A stretch of DNA of 64,000 nt from an uncultured Clostridia bacterium (GCA_944384855.1 CALWUY010000041.1:1786-65785), one strand, 5' to 3'. Shown: positions 46,218-55,395, counted from the stretch's first letter. Notes: generated from the letters alone by a model not told the origin. A program made the numbers and translations.

Positions 46218-47195
46218 CTATAAGAATATATTCTTTACCGCCGCTCTGTTAAAATCGGCGTTAGGAGCAGTAGAAATAACACTCAGTTTGCTCATATCCA
46301 CAATAATATGAGTCCAGCCGGCATTTAATTTGAAGCCGGTCTCCATACGCGCTCTGCCCGCGTCTGCCCAAGCAGCGGAAGAAACCCATACCTTAATGTC
46401 TGGAACTGCAACATTTGAATAAATATCCATCTCAAGATATTCGGCATTGGTAGTATTGTAAGACTGGTTTAAATGTCCATACCAGGAAGGGTTATTGTCA
46501 GGTCCGAAAGGAGGCATTGTATAATTTGCGGCAATACCATCTTTAGCCCAGAAAACACCCTCTTTGGTTTCCAGAGCCACACCGTTTACAACAGTGAGTT
46601 TCGGAACAACGATATCGGCAGTAAAGGCAAGGTTTGCCATGATGAAATCCACCGATTCAACCTCAGGATCAACAGGCTGAACATCGGTATTGAAAACATA
46701 GAAAGCGTTAAGTGATGCTGTATCGTAAACAATATCTCTGTCGTAATTGCCTTCGGCATTACCTATGTCCGTCATAGGAATGCAGATGTGGTTCCAGCCT
46801 TCATTCAAAGCAGGGAATTTAACACCCCTGCGTCCGGGGCCGTCGCCGCTGCCGCTTGTGACTATAAGTATAGTGTCCGGCATCGCGGCGCTTGCATACA
46901 TATCAAACTCCAAAGCCTCCGCGTCCGAAACATTTATGGTTCCGGAAGCGTTTTCAGTAGGGAATTCATAGTAAAATACACCGTCCCAGCCGCCAATACC
47001 AAAGTCATACGTACTTTGACCCCTTGTATATGTACGGGAAATAAATTGACCTTCCTGCGAATACAAAGCATATTGTTTCTCATTATTCATAGCAGGAACG
47101 GAAACAGCGCTTGCAATCATAGGTACCGAACACAAAAGCAATGCAACAGCAATAACTATTGCAAGCAGCTTTTTGAGATTTTTCACATAAAACAC
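46218..47195 (-). CDS. N-terminal 325-codon part of the same repeat-module protein, with a signal peptide. It ends at the in-frame TAG at 46218-46220.
   Basis: Signal peptide MFYVKNLKKLLAIVIAVALLLCSVPMIASA. Module 1 is about 70 percent identical to the first module of 43593..46190. The stop falls inside module 2. Confidence 0.75.
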   Translation of the reverse strand: MFYVKNLKKLLAIVIAVALLLCSVPMIASAVSVPAMNNEKQYALYSQEGQFISRTYTRGQSTYDFGIGGWDGVFYYEFPTENASGTINVSDAEALEFDMYASAAMPDTILIVTSGSGDGPGRRGVKFPALNEGWNHICIPMTDIGNAEGNYDRDIVYDTASLNAFYVFNTDVQPVDPEVESVDFIMANLAFTADIVVPKLTVVNGVALETKEGVFWAKDGIAANYTMPPFGPDNNPSWYGHLNQSYNTTNAEYLEMDIYSNVAVPDIKVWVSSAAWADAGRARMETGFKLNAGWTHIIVDMSKLSVISTAPNADFNRAAVKNIFL

Positions 47196-47707
47196 TCCTT
47201 AATAAAATTTTTTGACCTCTTTCAGAAAAACCCGTTCAGAATATTCTGACATGGATATGCTGAAAAAAGCCGAATCTGAAGCAACAAAAGTCTTTCCCAC
47301 TCTCAACAGTATAGTCTTTTGTCAACTTCAAATTTATATGCACGGCGGATCGCCCCGCCTTGCACAGCCTTAACAAAACCGCGTTCTGTTAAGCCTCTGA
47401 TTTCTTGAATTTCCCACAAATCAACAATCAGAGAATAAACCCTAAAACCGCAAAAATAAATATAAAAGTTTGCGCAAAACCAACAAATTCCGGCATAAAT
47501 TTATAAATCATTTGTGCATTTTAGGTGTTTACTTTTGTGTTTTATCACCAAAAAGTTACCTTGTCAAGTAAAAGATTGTGCATTTTGTATTATTGTTTTC
47601 TCAAATGCGTAAAAACAACTATTGAATTAACACACATTATATGTTAAAATTACCAATACAACAGCAAATTACCCATATAATTATAAATCATTTTTTGGAG
47701 GACGCAT

Positions 47708-49177
47708 ATGAAAAAAGTACTCTCTTTTGATTTCGGCGCCTCAAGTGGCAGAGCAATGCTTGCCACTTTTGAAGACGGAAAAATCAATATGGAAGAAATT
47801 CACCGTTTCAGCAACGATACAGTTATTGTAAACGGAACTATGTACTGGGATATTCTCAGATTGTTTTTTGAAGTGAAAACAAGTATTACAAACGCCGTAA
47901 ACAAAGGCGGATTTGACGCTATAGGAATAGATACCTGGGGTGTTGATTTCGGTCTTATTGACAAGCGGGGAAAACTGATAGGAAACCCTGTCCATTACCG
48001 TGACAAACGGACCGAAGGGATACCGGAAAAGGTTTTTAAAGAAATAATCAGCAAAGAGGAAATATACAAGCATACCGGAACTCAGTTTATGAGAATAAAC
48101 ACACTTTACCAGCTGATGTACCTCAAATACTGTGAGCCGGAAACGCTCGGCATGACAGATAAAATGATCCTTATGCCGGATTTGTTCGCATACATGCTCA
48201 CAGGTGAGATTCATGCGGAAGCGAGCATGGCCTCAACTACTAACCTGTATGATCCTTATAAACGCGACTGGGATTTTGAACTTATCAGAAAGCTGGGGCT
48301 TCCTGAAAGTATCTTTCCTCCAATAATCAAAGCAGGAAACATATACGGAATGCTCTCGGATGAAATCTGTGAGGAATTAGGCTGCAAAAAGGTTCCGGTT
48401 ATATCGGTCTGCGGTCATGATACCGCGAGCGCCGTGGCAGCAGTGCCCTCAGATACGGATGATTTTGTCTATATCAGCTGCGGCACATGGAGCCTTTTCG
48501 GCATAGAAACCAAAGAGCCTATCATAAACGACGAGGTTTCCGCCCTTAACTTTACAAATGAAGGCGGATTCAAAGACACAGTAAGATTCCTCAAAAATAT
48601 TATGGGACTTTGGCTTATACAAGAATCCCGCCGTCAATGGGCAAGAGAAGGCGAAAAGGTCGGTTTTGACGTTCTCGAAAAAGAAGCGCTGGCGGCCGAA
48701 CCTTTCAAGTGCTTTGTGGATGTTGACGACGCCTCCTTTGAATCTGCCGGAAATCTTCCGAAGCGCGTAAAAGAATACTGTGAAAGAACCGGTCAGTATG
48801 TTCCCCAAACCCGCGGTGAAATAATGAGATGTATTTACCAAAGCATTGCAATGAAATATAAATATACGTTTAATAAGCTTAACTCAGTGGGTGAAAACAA
48901 GTATACCCGCATCAATATGCTGGGCGGCGGTATTAAAGATACCCTGCTGTGCCGTATGACTTCTGACGCCTGCAACGCCGAAGTTCTGGCAGGTCCCACT
49001 GAAGCTACGGTAATGGGCAATATCGCGGTGGCATATTACGCTTTGGGAGAAATCAAGGATTTCACAGAAATACGCAAAACCGTATCCGCGTCTACCGATT
49101 TGAAACGCTATATGCCGCAGGATGCCCAGTCATGGGACAGCGCATATAAAGAATATCTCAGAGTTACCGGCCAGTAA
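47708..49177 (+). CDS. rhaB: rhamnulokinase (FGGY carbohydrate kinase family)
   Basis: FDFGASSGRAML..., HRFSN and YWDILRLF are typical of the RhaB N-terminus. The C-terminal FGGY motif GGGIKDTLLC is present. GGAGG lies upstream. Confidence 0.8.
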   Translation: MKKVLSFDFGASSGRAMLATFEDGKINMEEIHRFSNDTVIVNGTMYWDILRLFFEVKTSITNAVNKGGFDAIGIDTWGVDFGLIDKRGKLIGNPVHYRDKRTEGIPEKVFKEIISKEEIYKHTGTQFMRINTLYQLMYLKYCEPETLGMTDKMILMPDLFAYMLTGEIHAEASMASTTNLYDPYKRDWDFELIRKLGLPESIFPPIIKAGNIYGMLSDEICEELGCKKVPVISVCGHDTASAVAAVPSDTDDFVYISCGTWSLFGIETKEPIINDEVSALNFTNEGGFKDTVRFLKNIMGLWLIQESRRQWAREGEKVGFDVLEKEALAAEPFKCFVDVDDASFESAGNLPKRVKEYCERTGQYVPQTRGEIMRCIYQSIAMKYKYTFNKLNSVGENKYTRINMLGGGIKDTLLCRMTSDACNAEVLAGPTEATVMGNIAVAYYALGEIKDFTEIRKTVSASTDLKRYMPQDAQSWDSAYKEYLRVTGQ

Positions 49178-49198
49178 ATATACGTTAAACCATAAACT

Positions 49199-49238
49199 TA
49201 AACGGGCTGCTTCGCATAATGCGAAGCAGCCCGTTTTA
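49199..49238. terminator. bidirectional intrinsic terminator
   Basis: aacgggctgcttcgc-ataat-gcgaagcagcccgtt, a 15-bp perfect stem with flanking A and T runs. Confidence 0.88.
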
Positions 49239-49293
49239 TTAAAACCCACTATACAATTTCTTGCTGCAAATGCAAAATACAGCCATCATATTT

Positions 49294-50220
49294 TCATACT
49301 CGCATTTCAGCTCTCAACAGTTTGCGCGGCACCACAAAGTTTACGGCGGATTTTACAATTTCCACGGTAAATTTCCGGGCGGTTACAAGTTCCCCGTCTA
49401 TAGAAACCGGTATTTCGCGGGGCGCAGATACTTCTACCCTTTTTGCCCTCATGTAGTTCAAATACTTTTTAAACCGGACGTCTTCAAGATGCTCTCCCCG
49501 CTTGTATGTATTCATAAGCTTTAAAAATCCCATACGTGAAATCGGATTTACCTGACACACTTCTATAAGACCGTCATCATTATGAGACAGCGGCGAGCTT
49601 TTGTAAGATCCTCCTACATATTTCCCGTTTGCTAAAGTGCACAAAAGTATTTTGTCACCGCCTATTTTGACTCCGTCTGCCCACATGCTGCAGTTTGTGC
49701 TCATTCCTCCCAGAAATCCTGCTATAACACCTGCGGTGTACGCCCTTTTTCCACCTAAAATTATATTTCTGCGGACCTTGATCATCGTTCTCAGCACATA
49801 GCTGTCCAGACCGAAATGTACTGCGTTAATTGCATATCTTTCTCCTATTTTCAGCGCGTCCACCCTGTGCGACGGCGACCTTGCCAGTTCACTTATATCC
49901 AAAAAATCCTCGGCCGTACCGTAATATTTTATATAGTCGTTGCCGCTTCCGCAGGGAAATACTGCCACCTGAGCATTATCAAAACCTATAACTCCATTTA
50001 CAACCTCGTTTAATGTACCGTCGCCTCCGCAGGCATAAAATCTTATCTGCTCACCGCTTTGAGACAGCACTTTTTTAACATATTCGATAGCCTCTCCGCC
50101 GAATCCGGTAATATGAATTGTATAATCTATATCCAGATTGGTCTTTTCTATAAGTTCTTTTATTTTTTGTGTGGAATCCTTTACTCCGGCTGCAGGATTT
50201 ACTATAAAAATATGCTTCAT
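49294..50220 (-). CDS. diacylglycerol kinase family lipid kinase (DagK/YegS-like)
   Basis: IFIVNPAAG and ACGGDGTLNEVVNG catalytic-domain motifs. The ATG shares one base with the TAA of the upstream ABC gene (TAATG). Confidence 0.85.
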   Translation of the reverse strand: MKHIFIVNPAAGVKDSTQKIKELIEKTNLDIDYTIHITGFGGEAIEYVKKVLSQSGEQIRFYACGGDGTLNEVVNGVIGFDNAQVAVFPCGSGNDYIKYYGTAEDFLDISELARSPSHRVDALKIGERYAINAVHFGLDSYVLRTMIKVRRNIILGGKRAYTAGVIAGFLGGMSTNCSMWADGVKIGGDKILLCTLANGKYVGGSYKSSPLSHNDDGLIEVCQVNPISRMGFLKLMNTYKRGEHLEDVRFKKYLNYMRAKRVEVSAPREIPVSIDGELVTARKFTVEIVKSAVNFVVPRKLLRAEMRV

Positions 50221-52430
50221 TAACTTTCCTCCATGTTTGCCATTTCCCGCTGTGCCATAACGAGTCCGTAATAAATACCGTGCTTCTGCATGAGCTCGTT
50301 ATGCGTTCCCTCCTCGGCAACTGTGCCTTTATCAAGTACTATAAGCCTGTTGGCATTTCGCAGCGTTGAAAGTCTGTGAGCTATAGCTATTGTAGTCCTT
50401 GAAAAAGACAGCCTTGCCAGTGCATCCTGAATTTGTTTCTCGGTTTCAGTGTCAAGAGATGCCGTGGCCTCGTCAAGGATAAGTATTTTCGGATTGTGCA
50501 GCAGCGCCCTCGCAATCGCTATCCTCTGACGTTCTCCTCCGGATACCGTATATCCCTTTTCTCCGACCTTTGTGTTGTATCCGTCGGGAAGTTTTATTAT
50601 AAATTCATGACACCCCGCAAGCTTCGATACCGCTATTACTTCCTCAAGCGTCGCATTCTGTTTTGCGTAAGCGATATTCTGATAAACCGTACCCGAAAAC
50701 AGAAACGTTTCCTGTAAAACCACACCCATCTGGCTTCTCAGTGAATTCTGAGAAATATCCCTGATATCCACACCGTCTACCGAAATACTTCCGTCCTCAA
50801 CATCATACATTCTCATTATGAGATTTATCAGGGTGGATTTCCCCGCTCCCGAAGCTCCCACAATACCTAAAAATTCTCCCGGTTTTATATGAACGCTCAC
50901 CTTGTGAAGCACTTCCGTGCCGCCGTCATATCCGAAAGAAACATTTTTGATATCTATGTCTCCCTTTATACTGAGCTCTACCGAAGCTTCACTGTCGGAT
51001 ATTTCCTCGCTTTCATCAAGTATCTCAAACACCTTTGACGCCGATGTCGTGAAATTCATAACATGGCGGGGTATGTGCGCTATCATTCTGAGCGGCCCGT
51101 AAATCATAGCCGTATATGACGCAAACTGGGTCATTTGCCCTAATGTCATACTTCCGTCCAGAATTTTATTGCCTACATAAAAAAGTATAATAAACTCACC
51201 AAATCCTATGAAAAACCTGAGTATAGGCATAATAAGACTCCAGATACAGTCACTCTTTTCCTGCATACGACGCTCATCCGCCGTGGCTTCCCGGTACCGT
51301 TCGCCTTCCTTATGTTCCATTCCGAAGGCCTTTACCACACGTATTCCGGAAAAGATGTCATGCAAAACGGTATTCGCTTTAGCGCCCGCAATCCAACGCC
51401 TGTGAAACATGTTTCTTATAAATTTCCAGAACAGGTTGAATGAAAGCACTACGAACGGAGTAGGTATGATTATCATCACAAACAGCCGCGCGTCATATAT
51501 GAGAATATATATGCTTACCGCCACAAAAACCGTCAGCTGCTCGATCACTCCCGGCATATAGTTTATAAGAAAATTTTCCATCTGAGATGTGTCGGAAGTG
51601 ACTCTTCTCATAAGGTCACCTGTGGTTTTTGCCGATATCTTATTGACAGAAAGCCGCTGTATTTGGCTGAAAAGCGAATCTCTCAAATCAACTATCATAC
51701 TGTTGCTTGCTTTGATAAACAAATGGTATCTGACAGAAGATACCCCGCGGATTACAAGTTCCAAAACCAGCATAGAAAGTATTATTGCAGCGTATGAGCT
51801 TAGATTTTGAAGTGCATAGTCCGGCTTCCGGATGTAGGAATCCACTATTACCCTGTTTATATACGGTACAATCAGATTGACTGCGCTTACCACCGCAAAA
51901 AGAGCCACCGCCGAAAAAACAAAAACTTTATACGGCGCAAACAGCTTCCATACCCGTTTAAACAACTGCTTTTTGTCAGCGCAGTGCGGGCATACCGAAG
52001 AACCGTTTATGTAAGGCCTGTGACATTTGGGACATTTGTACTCCCTCTCCGCTTCGCCTTCAGGCAGCTTTTTGTCTTCAAAAAAGGTATTCATCTTACG
52101 GGTATTTTTAATTATACTCTTCGAATATCCCAGATCGCTGCGGCAAACAAGCCTCACTTCGCCGGATTTGTACCTGCATGATACAAATATACATCCTACA
52201 CCCATGTCGGTTATAATTTCCTTTATTTCACCACAGCTTATACGCTCTGTTTCTTTGCCGTCGCAAAGTATACGCAGATATTCTTCATCTGCTGTCACTA
52301 TTCCTTCGCAATGCCTTATACTGCTGTCGGGAAGCAGATTGTACCTGAATGCGCAGAACTGGTTCTGTGCAATATTCTCCGGCAGGGCTTTTTCTATGTC
52401 CTGCCGAAGTTCCTTTGATAATATCGACAT
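50220..52430 (-). CDS. ABC exporter half-transporter (TMD-NBD) with an N-terminal cytoplasmic domain of about 165 aa that ends in a zinc ribbon
   Basis: CPKCHRPY...CPHCADKK lies before TM1. Walker A GASGAGKST, VSGGERQR and ILILDEATASLD. Confidence 0.85.
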   Translation of the reverse strand: MSILSKELRQDIEKALPENIAQNQFCAFRYNLLPDSSIRHCEGIVTADEEYLRILCDGKETERISCGEIKEIITDMGVGCIFVSCRYKSGEVRLVCRSDLGYSKSIIKNTRKMNTFFEDKKLPEGEAEREYKCPKCHRPYINGSSVCPHCADKKQLFKRVWKLFAPYKVFVFSAVALFAVVSAVNLIVPYINRVIVDSYIRKPDYALQNLSSYAAIILSMLVLELVIRGVSSVRYHLFIKASNSMIVDLRDSLFSQIQRLSVNKISAKTTGDLMRRVTSDTSQMENFLINYMPGVIEQLTVFVAVSIYILIYDARLFVMIIIPTPFVVLSFNLFWKFIRNMFHRRWIAGAKANTVLHDIFSGIRVVKAFGMEHKEGERYREATADERRMQEKSDCIWSLIMPILRFFIGFGEFIILFYVGNKILDGSMTLGQMTQFASYTAMIYGPLRMIAHIPRHVMNFTTSASKVFEILDESEEISDSEASVELSIKGDIDIKNVSFGYDGGTEVLHKVSVHIKPGEFLGIVGASGAGKSTLINLIMRMYDVEDGSISVDGVDIRDISQNSLRSQMGVVLQETFLFSGTVYQNIAYAKQNATLEEVIAVSKLAGCHEFIIKLPDGYNTKVGEKGYTVSGGERQRIAIARALLHNPKILILDEATASLDTETEKQIQDALARLSFSRTTIAIAHRLSTLRNANRLIVLDKGTVAEEGTHNELMQKHGIYYGLVMAQREMANMEES

Positions 52431-52444
52431 AAATACTATTCTCT

Positions 52445-52975
52445 CTATAAATAAATTTCTATCTTTCTGTGGCTTTTGCGGTCAAGGGATGAAATGCTTT
52501 CTATTACGAATCTGTTGCCGTCAACATCCAGCAGGACAGCCTTGTCCTCTCCTATCCTGATAATATTGCGGAAGGTATCCTGCATTGTGAAATTGACCCG
52601 TCTTCCGTCCTGTGTTTCTACATTCCAATATGAAAAACCGTAGCGTTCTTTAAGGGATAAAACCTGTTTAATCTGAGGCTCGTAGTATTTGCGCTCCAGC
52701 TCGGTCACAAGCAGTTTCCGCGCTTCTTCTCCGAAATCTTCTATATTCAGGATTATTCCGATTTCATTGGATTGATCGTCAAGCACGGAAACGTACTCCC
52801 ATTTAAGCTGAAACGGAAACGCTCTGTGCAGAAACACCCGCCCGTATTCACGGGTTCCCCCATCAAGCGTTACCTTTGCCGAAAGAAAGCCGTTATTAGA
52901 TTCAAAAAACGTGTTACTGCCGTCAAGCCTGACTATCGCGGCAGCAGAATCCTTAAGTATGTTATCGTTTTTCAC
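52445..52975 (-). CDS. DUF1854 domain protein
   Basis: 176 aa. ...HRAFPF...EIGIILNIEDF...ELERKYYEPQIKQV...YWNVETQDGRRVNF...DVDGNRFVIESISSLDRKSHRKIEIYL matches my recollection of the DUF1854 pattern. It sits between two ABC genes. Confidence 0.7.
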   Translation of the reverse strand: MKNDNILKDSAAAIVRLDGSNTFFESNNGFLSAKVTLDGGTREYGRVFLHRAFPFQLKWEYVSVLDDQSNEIGIILNIEDFGEEARKLLVTELERKYYEPQIKQVLSLKERYGFSYWNVETQDGRRVNFTMQDTFRNIIRIGEDKAVLLDVDGNRFVIESISSLDRKSHRKIEIYL

Positions 52976-52986
52976 TTTTTCAACTC

Positions 52987-55275
52987 CTATTCGGTTATTC
53001 CGGCGTTTTTAAGAGCTTCGGCCTGAAGGGTATAAAGGGTATTGTAAATCCCGCCTTTTATTTTGAGCAGTTCTTTATGTGTGCCCTCCTCGGCGACGCG
53101 CCCCTTATCTATTACTATAAGCTTATCTGCATCTCTGAGCGTTGACAGGCGGTGGGCTATCATAATGGTCGTCTTGCCTCTTGTCAGTACCGAGAGCGCG
53201 TTTTGGATAATTTTTTCGGTTTTGGTATCCATAGCCGCGGTTGCTTCGTCAAGTATCAGTATCTTCGGATCCCTCAAAACAGCTCTGGCTATTGAAATTC
53301 TCTGCCGTTCTCCGCCTGACAGGTCTTTATGCCCAAACCCTATAACCGTATTGTATCCGTCCGGAAGCCTCATTATAAAATCATGCGCTCCCGCGCACTT
53401 TGCCGCATATATAACCTCTTCAAATGTCGCCTCCGGCTTCGCATAACGTATGTTATCGAGAATAGAACCGATAAACAGATAGGTTTCCTGCGACACTATC
53501 GCTATATTCTCATACAGCGACCTGAAAGAAAGATCTTTTACGTTTGTACCGTCTATATAAATTCCGCCGTTGTCACAGTCATAAAGCCTGATAATAAGGT
53601 TTGCAATAGTGCTTTTTCCGGCTCCGGTATGTCCTACTATTCCCAATATTTTTCCGGCTTCTATTTTAAAGCTTACATTGTCAATAATTTTTTTGGACTT
53701 TGTGTATCCGAAATCCACGTTCCGAAATTCCACATCTCCTTTTATCTCAGAAGGCGATACAGCGTCATCCTTTTCGGTAATATCAGGTACGGTATCATAA
53801 ATCTCATACAGTCTCTGCAATGAATTTCCGCATGAAGCGTACCAGTTGAACATATTTGAAAAGAAAAACATCGGACTGTATATCATATTGACGTATGCGG
53901 TAAAGGTTATCAGCTCTCCGTATGTGAAATCCCCCTTCATAACCATATAACCGCCTATGCCTAACGATATAATATTTCCGAGATAAAGTATATACCCTAC
54001 CGACGGATAAGCGTAGTTATTGAAAAGAGACAGCCGCTTATTTCCGGCGGCAGCCCGTCTGTTGGTATTCTCAAATCTGATATTTTCTTCGTTTTCCTTT
54101 GAAAACGCTTTTACTACACGTATTCCGCCCAAAACATCAGCCAGCTGTGAATTCATGCTCCTGACTCCCGAATACATTCTGGCGTGCAACTTTCTTGAAG
54201 GATTCAGTGTCCTTCTGAGCGCTATGAAAAAAACAGGTATTGTAATAAGCGAAAGCGCCGCGAGCAGAGGATTCATTATAAACAAAATCACGCACAGTAC
54301 CGCTACCTGAACGATATTTATAAGAAAATACGGCACACCGTCACAGAAAAATCCGTAAATATTATTGGAATCATCGTTAACCTGCGTCATCAGTCCGCCG
54401 GTCTGTCTTCCGCTGAAAAAATTCATTGAAAGCTTTTCTATCGCTCCGAAAATCATATTTTTAAGATCATATACAATTTTCGCCGCAATTTTGGCGGAAA
54501 TATATCCGTTGACCATATCTGCCGCCTGCAGCAGCAGCTGTGTGGCGACTACTATCCCTACGCTAAGCAGTACCTGCCCGTAAAGACTTCCGCCCTCTGT
54601 CAGCACATTGTCATAAAAAAATCCTTTTGAAAAATACGGAGTCAGTATCCCGGCAACAGTTAAAACGCAAAGAGATAAAACCATTATCACCAATTCTCTT
54701 TTGTATTTTAACAGCATGCTTGAAAAACGGTTGAACAGCTTGCCTTTTTCCATGCACTTAGGACAGATTTTCCGGTTGCGGTCAGGATACCTCATTCCGC
54801 ATTTCGGACAGCAATTCTCTTTCGGGTCATCCTCAGGATCGACCGTAAAATCGGGCGAAGTAATTTCACCGGCTATTATTTTGTTAAGATACTTTGAAAA
54901 AGAAACGGCATTCCCTTTGCAGAAATTTGTCATACCGCAAAGCAGTATACTTTGTCCGTTTCTGCAGAACGCTGCCAGCCTGGCAGACGAAATGAGTTCT
55001 TCAACGTTCACTCTTTCAATATTGTCAAGAGCATACGATTCAAACGATATTTCTTTAAACTGAGTGCTCAGACCTTTTCCTCTGGCTTCAGGGCGTAAAA
55101 CCGTCCTTCCGCAAAGCAAATAAACGCGGTCTGCCGTCGCGGCAATATATGTATCGCAAAAATTATGCTGAGCATCCATATCACAGTATGTCAATATAAG
55201 AATATCTTGGGAAGATACTCCCTTTTCTTCGAAAATTCCGTATACAAAATCCGCAATTTTCCCAAAAGCAAACAA
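52987..55275 (-). CDS. ABC exporter half-transporter (TMD-NBD) with an N-terminal cytoplasmic domain of about 190 aa that ends in a zinc ribbon
   Basis: CCPKCGMRYPDRNRKICPKCMEKG lies before TM1. Walker A GHTGAGKST, LSGGERQR and ILILDEATAAMD. Confidence 0.85.
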   Translation of the reverse strand: MFAFGKIADFVYGIFEEKGVSSQDILILTYCDMDAQHNFCDTYIAATADRVYLLCGRTVLRPEARGKGLSTQFKEISFESYALDNIERVNVEELISSARLAAFCRNGQSILLCGMTNFCKGNAVSFSKYLNKIIAGEITSPDFTVDPEDDPKENCCPKCGMRYPDRNRKICPKCMEKGKLFNRFSSMLLKYKRELVIMVLSLCVLTVAGILTPYFSKGFFYDNVLTEGGSLYGQVLLSVGIVVATQLLLQAADMVNGYISAKIAAKIVYDLKNMIFGAIEKLSMNFFSGRQTGGLMTQVNDDSNNIYGFFCDGVPYFLINIVQVAVLCVILFIMNPLLAALSLITIPVFFIALRRTLNPSRKLHARMYSGVRSMNSQLADVLGGIRVVKAFSKENEENIRFENTNRRAAAGNKRLSLFNNYAYPSVGYILYLGNIISLGIGGYMVMKGDFTYGELITFTAYVNMIYSPMFFFSNMFNWYASCGNSLQRLYEIYDTVPDITEKDDAVSPSEIKGDVEFRNVDFGYTKSKKIIDNVSFKIEAGKILGIVGHTGAGKSTIANLIIRLYDCDNGGIYIDGTNVKDLSFRSLYENIAIVSQETYLFIGSILDNIRYAKPEATFEEVIYAAKCAGAHDFIMRLPDGYNTVIGFGHKDLSGGERQRISIARAVLRDPKILILDEATAAMDTKTEKIIQNALSVLTRGKTTIMIAHRLSTLRDADKLIVIDKGRVAEEGTHKELLKIKGGIYNTLYTLQAEALKNAGITE

Positions 55276-55395
55276 ACATATCTCTCCCCATTAAAAATAT
55301 TTTTTAATTATACACCCTATTTCCCGATATTTCAACACAAATAGAGACAATCCCATTTTTTGATTGAAAAACAATAAAATTACGGTATAAAACAC

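Noticed and set aside
46218-46220. The in-frame TAG as evidence of a reassigned genetic code or pyrrolysine.
   Set aside because: TAG terminates other well-defined genes in the window (the SGNH hydrolase at 4393-4395, lepA at 8401-8403, DUF1854 at 52445-52447). No pyl genes or methylamine methyltransferases are present. A global reassignment is therefore unsupported, and a local nonsense mutation or readthrough remains the explanation.
47196-47707. The 512-bp non-coding gap as a hidden ncRNA gene (SRP, 6S, tmRNA or RNase P).
   Set aside because: None of the conserved cores of these RNAs is present. The only features are one imperfect hairpin (about 47340-47368) and the 11-bp direct repeat reported separately.
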